This document shows, piece after piece, positions 8,261 through 22,671 of a DNA stretch of 32,000 bases. Origin of the DNA: Isorropodon fossajaponicum endosymbiont JTNG4 (GTDB lineage Bacteria; Pseudomonadota; Gammaproteobacteria; PS1; Pseudothioglobaceae); the NCBI RefSeq assembly GCF_016592615.1, contig NZ_AP013043.1:780001-812000 (forward strand), given 5' to 3'. The notes beneath the pieces were generated by a model. It had not been told where the DNA came from. It did not search any database and saw only the letters and a program-made list of their open reading frames with translations. How positions within the stretch are numbered: the stretch's first letter is position 1; the number at the start of each line of letters is the position of its first letter. The position numbers and the translations under genes are program-made.

Positions 8261-8474
8261 ATAAAATTAGACTATTGCAGTTTATTAGGAATAGTATCAA
8301 GCCAAACACAATCATATTGCTTGGATGAATCAATGTTCTTTATTACTTGATTACGTAATTTAGCAAATTCTTTTAAATACTTGTAAATATTGCCTCATAA
8401 TATTTTATTATCTTATCCAGTTTCTAAACTTCAAACCTGCTATGTGTTTAATTTCTTTACTATTATTACTTACC

Positions 8475-8520
8475 CTATGAATCGTTACTTACGCATAAGT
8501 GTGTAAGTAACGATTCATAG
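8475..8520. repeat. Perfect 18-bp inverted repeat with a 10-nt spacer
   Basis: ctatgaatcgttacttac (8475-8492) and gtaagtaacgattcatag (8503-8520) are exact reverse complements, separated by gcataagtgt. The repeat lies in a 640-bp stretch with no ORF of 60 aa or longer. Confidence 0.85.
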
Positions 8521-8900
8521 ATTGCCTTGTGTTGTTTTCAATGGACAGAATACAAGTATTTTGAGTGAATTTATCTAAATTGATTTTTTAGATTTGGCAA
8601 ATACGGCTAAGTATATACTTCTTTTTCTCAAAAGAAGGTGCCAATAATAGAATTAATGCGACAGTCAACTGCTAAGATAATATACAAAGAATAATAAGTA
8701 ACTGGCTTATCAGAATTTACAATATGTATTTTGTGCATATTGCCTTTTTTGATTCACTATTGTCAAATAACATATCTTTAATATGTCTTGAAATAACAAA
8801 TTACTCCTTACCAAAAAAAATATCCACAATATCCTTTTGACGGCTTCACTATTTTCTGACTTAAAAAATCGCTAAATTTTTATTCATTTTAAATATACAA

Positions 8901-11982
<3,082 letters not shown>

Positions 11983-12004
11983 TTTTAAATTTACAATATA
12001 AAAA

Positions 12005-12229
12005 ATGAGTTGTTGTGACACTAAAAACAATGAAAAGCAATTATGCTACTGCTTTAACATCACTGAAAGTGCTTATATAGAAGCTATAAAACAAGGCAAA
12101 GAGAATGTCTTAAAAGGGTTTGCTGTATTTCAAACTAAACACAACTACTGTCATTGCAAAAACCTGAATCCTTCAGGTCAATGCTGTTTGAAAGACTTTA
12201 AGATTTTAGACAATAGTCGAACAAATTAA
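12005..12229 (+). CDS. Small Cys-rich protein, BFD-like [2Fe-2S]/metal-binding domain candidate
   Basis: The 74-aa ORF has the pattern MSCC..., LCYCFNITESAYIEAI...(32 residues)...CHC...GQCC. The C-x-C...C-x-C spacing and the CyCf.vte..i signature resemble the BFD-like Fer2 domain. The assignment is tentative. Confidence 0.4.
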   Translation: MSCCDTKNNEKQLCYCFNITESAYIEAIKQGKENVLKGFAVFQTKHNYCHCKNLNPSGQCCLKDFKILDNSRTN

Positions 12230-12260
12230 GGGTCGTTTTTTAATTAAATTAACAAAAAAT

Positions 12261-15156
<2,896 letters not shown>

Positions 15157-15189
15157 GAATATTATATATCTTAATTTTGAGGTGTTATT

Positions 15190-15927
15190 ATGGAAAATAA
15201 ATCATTATTTAGCTCAATTGTTTTAACCATCGCTTTGGTTGTTGGTTATTTTATCCACAACAACCAAGTCATTAAACTTAACAATGAAATCAGCAGTCTT
15301 GCACAAGAATACAACACTAAGCTTATAGCACTTCAACCTAATAATGCCAAGCAGGTTGCCAGATCTTCTACCACCCCGAGTAGTACAAATGCATTGGAAA
15401 ATCTCAATAACCAGTTAATTAAAACGCGTTCAGCATTAAAAAAAGCACAAGATAAGCTTTCATTAGCAACCAGTAAAGGCCATGTTTTGAATGATGAAAT
15501 TTTACAAATAAATGATGCAAGAACCAAGGTAAAAACCTTAAAAAATTCACTAACTTCAGCTCAAGAAAAATTACAAATTTCTGATGAAAGACTTAAATAT
15601 TTAAAAAGTATCTTTGAAGAGCAAAATAAAAATACAGTCACAAAAAACATTGCCCGCATTAAAAAAATAAAAGAAACCTCAGCAGGTATTGCTATAACAG
15701 GGCTTATTGTGCCTGCTATTGGTGTTGCAACCTTAATCTCTTACACTACTGAAGAAATACAAAACTACTGTGATAATATTAAAAATACCATGGACTTAGA
15801 ATACAAAGTATTTGGCAAAGTTATTTCATTAGATAACGACATACAAACGAGTTACCATCAACAATGCATGCTAAGTTTTAAAGATAAAATCAAGCAAAGT
15901 TTTCAAAAAGTGCTAATTACTGAGTAA
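15190..15927 (+). CDS. Hypothetical bitopic/hairpin membrane protein with a long coiled-coil segment
   Basis: The 245-aa ORF has an N-terminal TM (FSSIVLTIALVVGYFI). About 140 residues of heptad-like K/E/Q/L-rich sequence follow, then a second hydrophobic span (AGIAITGLIVPAIGVATLI) and an ~60-aa tail with two Cys. I recognise no family. Confidence 0.5.
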   Translation: MENKSLFSSIVLTIALVVGYFIHNNQVIKLNNEISSLAQEYNTKLIALQPNNAKQVARSSTTPSSTNALENLNNQLIKTRSALKKAQDKLSLATSKGHVLNDEILQINDARTKVKTLKNSLTSAQEKLQISDERLKYLKSIFEEQNKNTVTKNIARIKKIKETSAGIAITGLIVPAIGVATLISYTTEEIQNYCDNIKNTMDLEYKVFGKVISLDNDIQTSYHQQCMLSFKDKIKQSFQKVLITE

Positions 15928-15976
15928 CGCCATTTACAAAAAATAACAACACTAATAATTATCTGTTTTAGGTTGT

Positions 15977-17890
15977 CTAAACCACTCTATTTTTAATCAA
16001 ATCTTTAACAACTTTTGGTTCTGCCAAGGTTGAAGTATCACCCAAATTATCATAATCATTTCGTGCAATTTTTCTTAAAATTCTGCGCATAATCTTACCA
16101 CTACGCGTTTTTGGCAAACCCGGTGCAAATTGAATTTTATCCACAGTGGCAATAGGTCCAATTTCACGACGTACCAACTGAACCAATTCAGTTTTAAGCT
16201 CATCCGTTGGTTCAACACCATTCATAATTGACACATAAGCATAAATACCCTGACCCTTAATATCGTGAGGATAGCCCACCACTGCAGCCTCTGAAACACC
16301 GTCATGTAAAACTAATGCTGATTCAATCTCTGCTGTACCTAAGCGATGCCCAGAAATATTAAGTACATCATCTACACGCCCAGTAATCCAATAATAACCA
16401 TCAGCATCACGCCTAACACCATCGCCTGCAAAGTACTTGCCTGGGAAGGTGGTAAAATAAGCCTCCATAAATCGCTGATGATTGTTATACAAAGTGCGCA
16501 TTTGCCCTGGCCAAGACCTTGCTAATACTAAAATACCCTCAGCTTCGCCTGTTAGTATTTCACCCTTCTCATTCACAACTTGTGGTTCAATACCAAAAAA
16601 TGGCTTGCTGGCTGATCCTGGCTTAAGCGCAGTCGCATAAGGCAAAGGCGTAATCATATGACCACCTGTTTCTGTTTGCCACCAAGTATCAACGACAGGA
16701 CACTTACCTTTTCCAATAGTGTGATAATACCACTCCCACGCTTCAGGATTAATAGGCTCGCCAACCGTGCCTAAAATACGTAAGCTTGAACGTGAGGTAT
16801 TGCTGACATATTCATCGCCAGCACCCATTAATGCACGGATTGCTGTCGGTGCAGTGTAAAAAATGTTGACTTGATGTTTGTCAATAACTTGCCAAAAACG
16901 TGAGGCGTCAGGATAAGTTGGAATGCCTTCAAACATTAATGTGGTTGCCCCATTTGCAAGTGGCCCATAAACAATGTAGGAATGCCCTGTTACCCAACCA
17001 ACATCTGCTGTACACCAATACACATCACCCTCTTGGTAATCGAAAACATATTGATGCGTCATCGCAGCATAAAGCAAATAGCCACCTGAGGTATGTAGCA
17101 CACCTTTGGGCTTTCCAGTAGAGCCAGAAGTATAAAGAATAAACAACGGCGTTTCAGCATCAAATGATTCACACGGACATTCAGCTGAAACATCAGCAAC
17201 TAAATCATGATACCAAACATCTCTATCGTTCCAATTAACATCACCACCTGTGCGCTTTACCACGATCACTTTATCAACACAATCGCACTCACTAACTGCT
17301 TGATCAACATTTGCCTTTAGTGCAGTAGCTCTACCGCCACGCATACCTTCATCAGCAGTGATAACAATCCTACATTCAGAGTCTAGAATTCTATCTTTTA
17401 ATGCCTCTGGTGAAAAGCCGCCAAATACCACAGAGTGAATAGCACCAATGCGAGCACAAGCCAACATGGCATAACTTGCTTGTAAAATCATCGGCATATA
17501 AATACAAACTCGATCACCTTTTTCAACCCCTAATGCTTTAAGGCCATTGCTAAGTTTTGCCACTTCATCATGAAGTTGTTGATAAGTGATATGTTGACTT
17601 GCCTCAGGGTCATCACCTTCCCAAATAATGGCTGTTTGATTTGCGCGTTTTGGTAAGTGTCTATCAATACAGTTGTAAGCAACATTTAACTCGCCACCCT
17701 TAAACCACTCAATTTGACCTTTTGTATAATCAACATTGGAGACTTGTGTCCAATCCTTATCCCAATCTAGGAATACTTTGGCTTGTTGCGCCCAAAATGA
17801 GTCACTATCATCAATTGAATGTTGATACATTGATTCATAAGTTGCTTCATCACATATGGGCGGCTTACTGGGTTTGATAATTGGATACAT
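15977..17890 (-). CDS. acs: Acetyl-CoA synthetase (AMP-forming)
   Basis: The 637-aa ORF is near-colinear with E. coli Acs: [83 protein letters not shown] and [17 protein letters not shown]. Confidence 0.96.
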   Translation of the reverse strand: MYPIIKPSKPPICDEATYESMYQHSIDDSDSFWAQQAKVFLDWDKDWTQVSNVDYTKGQIEWFKGGELNVAYNCIDRHLPKRANQTAIIWEGDDPEASQHITYQQLHDEVAKLSNGLKALGVEKGDRVCIYMPMILQASYAMLACARIGAIHSVVFGGFSPEALKDRILDSECRIVITADEGMRGGRATALKANVDQAVSECDCVDKVIVVKRTGGDVNWNDRDVWYHDLVADVSAECPCESFDAETPLFILYTSGSTGKPKGVLHTSGGYLLYAAMTHQYVFDYQEGDVYWCTADVGWVTGHSYIVYGPLANGATTLMFEGIPTYPDASRFWQVIDKHQVNIFYTAPTAIRALMGAGDEYVSNTSRSSLRILGTVGEPINPEAWEWYYHTIGKGKCPVVDTWWQTETGGHMITPLPYATALKPGSASKPFFGIEPQVVNEKGEILTGEAEGILVLARSWPGQMRTLYNNHQRFMEAYFTTFPGKYFAGDGVRRDADGYYWITGRVDDVLNISGHRLGTAEIESALVLHDGVSEAAVVGYPHDIKGQGIYAYVSIMNGVEPTDELKTELVQLVRREIGPIATVDKIQFAPGLPKTRSGKIMRRILRKIARNDYDNLGDTSTLAEPKVVKDLIKNRVV

Positions 17891-17955
17891 AGTGGTTGAT
17901 TTAAGAAGTAAAAAAGTTAATCATACCTAGAAAAATACGCTCAGACACGTCATTT

Positions 17956-18377
17956 TTAAATCATCAATTCACTCAACTTAATGGTGTCAATATCACCCAT
18001 ATAAGCCACTTGAGCTAAAAACAATTCTGCTGTTGAAATAGCGTCTTACATAGCATTATGGGCTTTATAACGAGGTAAATTATATTGATCTCTAAGTGCA
18101 AACAATCTTAAACTCTCAGGATTAATATGGATTTGATTCACAGTGCGTTTCCTGGTCTCAATTTTTAAAGTATCTAGCATTCTCTCATTGGCAAATTATC
18201 AAATCAGTAAGCTGATGAATGCCAACATTTTGCTCAGTTAGTAAACGTTTAGGCTTAACCAAAACATGAGCACTGTCTTTTAAAAATAAATGCAAATCCT
18301 TAATCAAAGTGTATCCCATGCTAACAATTCTATCTTGTTTAGCATTCAGCCCCGTGGTTGCAATGCTCTAACCTACT
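17956..18377 (-). pseudogene. DnaQ-like 3'-5' exonuclease remnant (the type commonly found next to acs), interrupted by IS3 and internally decayed
   Basis: The minus strand next to the IS reads ..SIATTGLNAKQDRIVSMGYTLIKD...SAHVLVKPKRLLTEQNVGIHQLTD, which is an ExoI/ExoII-like layout with the D-x-E acidic pair replaced. After several stops and frameshifts it reads ..YKAHNAM.DAISTAELFLAQVAYMG...ELMI*, an ExoIII H-x4-D motif. A possible 5' piece (MIVNNCLCSGLKN) lies beyond the IS at about 19640-19700. Confidence 0.55.
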
Positions 18378-18387
18378 TGGACACATT

Positions 18388-19116
18388 TCAAGCCGCTTTT
18401 TTCAATTCAGCCATCTTTTGAGCAGGTGTTAAATACCCAATCGCTGAATGAATCCTTTTGTAATTATACAAGTAGATATAACCCTCTACATTTTGCACGA
18501 CTTCACTATGATTTGCAAAACTTTGATAATTTAATCTCTCAGTCTTCAGACTTCTAAAGAAACGCTCCATGACCGCATTATCCCAACAATTACCTCGCCT
18601 GCTCATGCTTTGAGTAATGTTGTTCTTGTTGCAATAATCAATAAAAACTTTAGAAGAGTATTGAGTCCCTTGATCAGAGTGGAACATGTGTTTATTTGTA
18701 TTGGGCTGGTGTCTAGACACAGCATTACTAAGCGCATCCTTTGCCAACTGAGCATTAGGCTGTTTTGACAATGCCCAACCAACAACTTGTCTTGAGCCTA
18801 AATCCAACACACTGGCTAAATAACTCCCACCTTGATAGGTTTTGATATAGGTAATATCACCAACCCAATGCGTATTAATTGATTGCTGCTCAAACACACG
18901 ATTTAATAGGTTTTTTGCCTTTTTAAACATCAATCTAGTATTAGGGTAATAATGACGCTTTCTTGGGCGTATGGCAACTACATTGGCTTTTTTCATTAGC
19001 GTTGCAGTTTGGTAAATACCAATGTTATAACCTTGGTTATTCAAAACTACTCGCATTCTGCGTTTGCCATAGGTGTATCCAACTTCAATAGCAGTTTGTT
19101 TGATTAATTTAATCAT
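18388..19116 (-). CDS. IS3-family transposase OrfB (rve/DDE integrase core)
   Basis: The 242-aa ORF has the DDE triad context HWVGDITYI, HSDQGTQYSS and GNCWDNAVMERFFRSLK. The same frame continues upstream (..ALLKLPRSSYYYQVKDKR..) but is blocked by an in-frame TGA at 19192-19194. Confidence 0.85.
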   Translation of the reverse strand: MIKLIKQTAIEVGYTYGKRRMRVVLNNQGYNIGIYQTATLMKKANVVAIRPRKRHYYPNTRLMFKKAKNLLNRVFEQQSINTHWVGDITYIKTYQGGSYLASVLDLGSRQVVGWALSKQPNAQLAKDALSNAVSRHQPNTNKHMFHSDQGTQYSSKVFIDYCNKNNITQSMSRRGNCWDNAVMERFFRSLKTERLNYQSFANHSEVVQNVEGYIYLYNYKRIHSAIGYLTPAQKMAELKKAA

Positions 19117-19241
19117 AGCGTTGGTGTTGTTGTTTACTCGCTTATCTTTGACTTGATAGTAATAACTACTGCGAGGAAGTTTGAGTAATGCTCATAATTC
19201 TTTAGTATTGTATTGTTGGCAAGCCTTGTTTATCTTGATAA

Positions 19242-19593
19242 TCATATCACTTGGTGATTGTCCACAGCGAACAAGGCTGTTGCCTTTTTTAAGATTTCAT
19301 TGTCCCTTTGTGCGCGCCAAAGTTGTTTCTCAAGCAGTTGTATTGTTTGTTGTTCAGAAGTCAGCGCTTTGCCTGACTCTGGTGTTTGTCCACCAAGCTC
19401 TGCTAGGTATTGTTTTCTCCATCTGCTAACTGCTGAGGAGCAAGCTCCTGATATTATCATGATTTTTTTTATTGGTGTAATTCTCATGCACCATGAGTTT
19501 GGCATAATCTAGTGTTCCCCCCTCAAGGGGGTATTGAACAGAATGTTCAACGGTAAAAGTCACTCGTTGTTTTCTTGATTTATATTGTGTCAT
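19242..19593 (-). pseudogene. IS3-family transposase OrfA (HTH), frame broken at an A8 run
   Basis: From ATG 19593 the frame reads MTQYKSRKQRVTFTVEHSVQ...YAKLMVHENYTNKK, then a stop 14 codons later. The +1 frame carries on ..IMIISGACSSAVSRWRKQYLAELGGQTPESGK...EKQLWRAQRDNEILKKATALFAVDN. This aligns residue for residue with IS911 OrfA ([31 protein letters not shown]...ENEILKKATALLMSD) if the A8 run (T8 on plus, 19463-19470) were A7. Confidence 0.7.
19284..19290 (-). promoter_or_regulatory. A_AAA_AAG -1 programmed ribosomal frameshift heptamer of IS3 orfA/orfB
   Basis: The heptamer reads TTA AAA AAG in the orfA frame, and orfB lies in the -1 frame. This is the standard IS3/IS911 motif. Confidence 0.6.
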
Positions 19594-19712
19594 TACTGAC
19601 CTCCTTATGGTTTGTATTATAAGGCTATCTTTGTGTCCAAGTTTTTCAGACCACTACATAAACAATTGTTAACTATCATATGTTGCTAATATAGATAGCA
19701 AGTGTTTTTAGA

Positions 19713-19743
19713 TAAAAAAAATGACGCACTTGCGTCATTTTTA
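19713..19743 (-). terminator. Rho-independent terminator downstream of rpoZ (bidirectional in form)
   Basis: The hairpin atgacgc-actt-gcgtcat (19721-19738) has 7-bp arms. An A8 run lies on the plus-strand left, giving a U8 tail on the minus transcript. A T5 run lies on the right. It sits about 20 nt after the rpoZ stop. Confidence 0.65.
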
Positions 19744-19759
19744 AGCAATTAAGCGTTAA

Positions 19760-20035
19760 TTACTGCTCAATTTCAGACATTTTTGCACTATCTGCTACTT
19801 TTTGCTGTGCTGATAATTGCTCTTGCATTTCATAAGTTTCGCTTAAAATTGAAGCATCAATAAGCCCTGCCTCAATCTCTCTTAACGCCACTACTGTTGG
19901 CTTGTCTTTACCTGCATCTAATAGTGGTTTATAGCCACCAGAACTTAATTGATGTGCACGCTTTGCTGCAACTAATACTAACTCAAAACGATTTTCCACA
20001 TGTTCCAAACATTCTTCAACTGTTACTCTTGCCAT
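19760..20035 (-). CDS. rpoZ: DNA-directed RNA polymerase subunit omega
   Basis: [30 protein letters not shown]...[16 protein letters not shown] is the canonical RpoZ N-terminus. Confidence 0.95.
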   Translation of the reverse strand: MARVTVEECLEHVENRFELVLVAAKRAHQLSSGGYKPLLDAGKDKPTVVALREIEAGLIDASILSETYEMQEQLSAQQKVADSAKMSEIEQ

Positions 20036-20105
20036 AATATTTATAAATTTTACTTATGATAAAATCAAATAATTTTACACGAAAAATAAGTTCAAGGAAT
20101 ATTCG

Positions 20106-20777
20106 ATGGAAAGACTAATTGTACTGGACACTGAAACTACAGGCATTGAGCCTTCCGAAGGTCATCGCATCATTGAAATTGGTTGTACAGAAATTGTAGA
20201 TAGACAAATCACTGAGAATAATGAATATCATGAATATATACAACCCAGTCGCAATGTTGGCGATTCGGTGCGAATTCATGGTATTACTGACAAGTTCTTA
20301 ACAAAAAAGCCTAAATTTGAAGCCATTGTTAAAACGTTTCTAACCTATATTGAAGGTGCAACACTCATCATTCACAACGCCCCATTTGACCTTGGGTTTT
20401 TAAACCATGAACTTAAACTTATGGGTATTGATGAGCGTATTGAGGATAAATGCAATATTATCGATTCATTAGAACTATCTAAACAACAACGACCTGACAC
20501 ATTGCACAATCTTGACGCCTTATGCCGACGATTTGAAATTGACTCAAGTGCAAGAACTGTACATGGCGCACTACTAGATGCGAAAATTCTAGCACAAGTT
20601 TATCTAGCAATGACTGGCGGGCAATCGACTTTATTTGGCAATGAACAAGTGGCCAACGAGCAAGCCAATAATACTAATAACATTATTCGAGTAGAACGCG
20701 CTATTGGCAAAATCAAAGTTGTTTATGCAAATAAACAAGAACTAACAGCACACGCTAGTTACTTTGAAAAAATTTAA
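20106..20777 (+). CDS. dnaQ: DNA polymerase III subunit epsilon (proofreading exonuclease)
   Basis: The ORF has IVLDTETTG (ExoI), [12 protein letters not shown] (ExoII) and [21 protein letters not shown] (ExoIII epsilon). At 223 aa it has the typical DnaQ length and tail. Confidence 0.92.
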   Translation: MERLIVLDTETTGIEPSEGHRIIEIGCTEIVDRQITENNEYHEYIQPSRNVGDSVRIHGITDKFLTKKPKFEAIVKTFLTYIEGATLIIHNAPFDLGFLNHELKLMGIDERIEDKCNIIDSLELSKQQRPDTLHNLDALCRRFEIDSSARTVHGALLDAKILAQVYLAMTGGQSTLFGNEQVANEQANNTNNIIRVERAIGKIKVVYANKQELTAHASYFEKI

Positions 20778-20797
20778 TTAATTTAAGGCAAATACCA

Positions 20798-22264
20798 ATG
20801 CAATATCAAGATTTACGTGAGTTTATCACTGGGTTAGAAAAACAAGGCGAGCTCAAACGCATTCAAACACAAGTTGATGCCCATTTAGAAATTACTGAAA
20901 TTTGTCGCCGAACACTGGATAAACAGGCCCTGCACTTTTGTTTGAAAATGTTAAAAATTCAAACATGCCAGTACTGGCATGTTTATTTGGTACAACAAAA
21001 CGTGTTGTTGCTGCCATGGGACAAAAAGACTTAATCGCATTAAGAGAATTGGGAAGACTCTTGGCTGAATTGAAACAACCTGAACCGCCTAAAGGGTTTA
21101 AAGATACCATTGAAAAACTACCAGTACTAAAAAAAGTACTCAATATGCCCGTTAAATTGGTTAAAAAAGGTCAGTGCCAAGCTGTCGTTATTGAAGGCGA
21201 TGAGGTTGATTTATCTAAATTACCCATTCAAACTTGTTGGCCTAAAGACGCTGCACCACTACTTACTTGGGGGCTAACCATCACCAAAGGACCCTATAAA
21301 AAACGGCAAAATTTAGGCATTTATCGCCAACAAGTTCTTGGAAAAAATAAACTCATTATGCGTTGGCTGTCGCATCGTGGCGGTGCGCTTGATTTTAAAG
21401 ACTGGTGTGAAAAAAACCCTAACAAACCTTTTCCAATTGCTGTAGCACTTGGGGCTGATCCTGCTACAACATTGGCAGCAGTTAACCCGATTCCTGATAC
21501 ATTAAGTGAATATGGCCTTGCTGGATTGTTGCGAAGCAAAAAAACCAAAGTCTGTACGTGTCTAGGTAATGATTTACAAGTCCCTGAAAATGCTGAGATT
21601 ATCTTAGAAGGTGTCATCCATCCAAATGAGATGGCAAACGAAGGCCCTTTTGGCGACCACACTGGTTGTTATAACGAAGTAGAAAAATTTCCTGTTTTTA
21701 CAGTGCAAAGAATAACCACCAGAATTAACCCGATTTATCACTCCACCTATACAGGCAAACCCATTGATGAACCTGCTGTATTAGGTGTGGCACTTAATGA
21801 GGTGTTTGTGCCACTTTTACAACAGCAATTTCCAGAAATTATAGACTTTTATTTACCACCTGAAGCTTGCTCATATAGAATGGCGATTGTCAGCATCAAA
21901 AAGCAATATCCAGGGCATGCCAAGCGTGTAATGATGGGAGTTTGGTCGTTCTTACGTCAGTTTATGTATATACCAAATTTGTGATTGTGGTTGATGATGA
22001 TATTGACGTTAAAAATTGGCAAGAAGTGATTTGGGCATTAAGCACACGCGTTGACCCGAGTCGTGACACTACTTTGGTTGATAATACGCCCATTGATTAT
22101 CTTGATTTTGCCTCACCAGTTTCTGGTCTTGGTTCAAAAATAGGCATTGATGCGACTAATAAACTTACTGGTGAAACCAATCGAGAATGGGAGAGCCCAT
22201 TGAAATGGACAAAGGCGTCATACAAAAAATTGATGCCATTTGGCATGAGTTAGGGATTGACTAA
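20798..22264 (+). pseudogene. ubiD: 4-hydroxy-3-polyprenylbenzoate decarboxylase (UbiD) with three frame disruptions
   Basis: Three overlapping track ORFs plus a fourth short frame together spell a full UbiD. They read [37 protein letters not shown] | (P)[25 protein letters not shown]...[13 protein letters not shown]...[12 protein letters not shown] | [30 protein letters not shown]...[32 protein letters not shown] | [20 protein letters not shown]. The shifts are at about 20926-20930 (-1), 21967-21972 (+2, tatata) and 22197-22202 (-1). Confidence 0.85.
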
Positions 22265-22328
22265 TTACTAACCATCGGTAATTTAACCATTTACATTTCA
22301 ATTTAACAAAGTATAATTATTGTTTTTT

Positions 22329-22405
22329 CGGAGTGTAGCGCAGTTTGGTAGCGTATCTGGTTTGGGACCAGGTGGTCGGGGGTTCAAATCCCTCCACTCC
22401 GACCA
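22329..22405 (+). tRNA. tRNA-Pro (anticodon TGG)
   Basis: A 77-nt cloverleaf: CGGAGTG/TA/GCGC-AGTTTGGTA-GCGT/A/TCTGG-TTTGGGA-CCAGG/TGGTC/GGGGG-TTCAAAT-CCCTC/CACTCCG-ACCA. It is close to E. coli proM, and CCA is encoded. Confidence 0.93.
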
Positions 22406-22456
22406 AAAAAATACCTTGCATTTAGAGTGCTTTAATAACAACCATTTTTGGTATAT

Positions 22457-22533
22457 GCGCCCATAGCTCAGCTGGATAGAGCAACGGCCTTCTAAGCCGT
22501 AGGTCACACGTTCGAATCGTGTTGGGCGTACCA
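22457..22533 (+). tRNA. tRNA-Arg (anticodon TCT)
   Basis: GCGCCCATAGCTCAGCTGGATAGAGCAACGGCCTTCTAAGCCGTAGGTCACACGTTCGAATCGTGTTGGGCGTACCA. The anticodon loop is CTTCTAA. It is close to E. coli argU. It has a G1-U72 wobble, and CCA is encoded. Confidence 0.9.
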
Positions 22534-22566
22534 CTTCAAGGCAAAAAGCCTGAGGTAATAGTTTAT

Positions 22567-22643
22567 GGCGGGAATAGCTCAGTTGGTAGAGCCCCGGATT
22601 GTGATTCCGGTTGTCGCGGGTTCAAACCCCGTTTCTCGCCCCA
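22567..22643 (+). tRNA. tRNA-His (anticodon GTG) with encoded G-1
   Basis: GGCGGGAATAGCTCAGTTGGTAGAGCCCCGGATTGTGATTCCGGTTGTCGCGGGTTCAAACCCCGTTTCTCGCCCCA. The anticodon loop is TTGTGAT. An extra 5' G pairs with discriminator C, which is the His identity element. Confidence 0.92.
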
Positions 22644-22671
22644 TCTTGCTTTTACAATATTTTTTATATGT

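Larger units (their letters stand above)
18378..19639 (-). mobile_element. IS3-family (IS911-like) insertion sequence, full-length copy (1262 bp)
   Basis: The ends are 5'-TG...CA-3'. The imperfect terminal repeats are TGGACACATTTCAAGCC (18378-18394) and, as reverse complement, TGGACACAAAGATAGCC (19623-19639). It has orfA/orfB architecture with an A6G slippery site and an AAGGAGG Shine-Dalgarno before the orfA ATG at 19593. Flanks are ACT|..|AGT, so there is no clean target duplication. Confidence 0.9.

Noticed and set aside
19192-19194. In-frame TGA in IS3 orfB as a selenocysteine codon (selD is present in the window)
   Set aside because: I see no SECIS-like stem-loop directly downstream, and a selenoprotein transposase has no precedent. 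A nonsense mutation or leaky stop is far more likely.
18375-19642. ACT/AGT flanks of the full-length IS3 as a target-site duplication
   Set aside because: Only 2 of 3 bases match. That is not enough to claim a duplication, and the flanking gene is decayed anyway.
22298-22534. 78-aa minus-strand ORF (MVRPTRFERVTYGLEGRCSIQLSYGRI...)
   Set aside because: It lies exactly antisense to the tRNA-Pro and tRNA-Arg genes. This kind of peptide is the usual artefact of translating tRNA genes.
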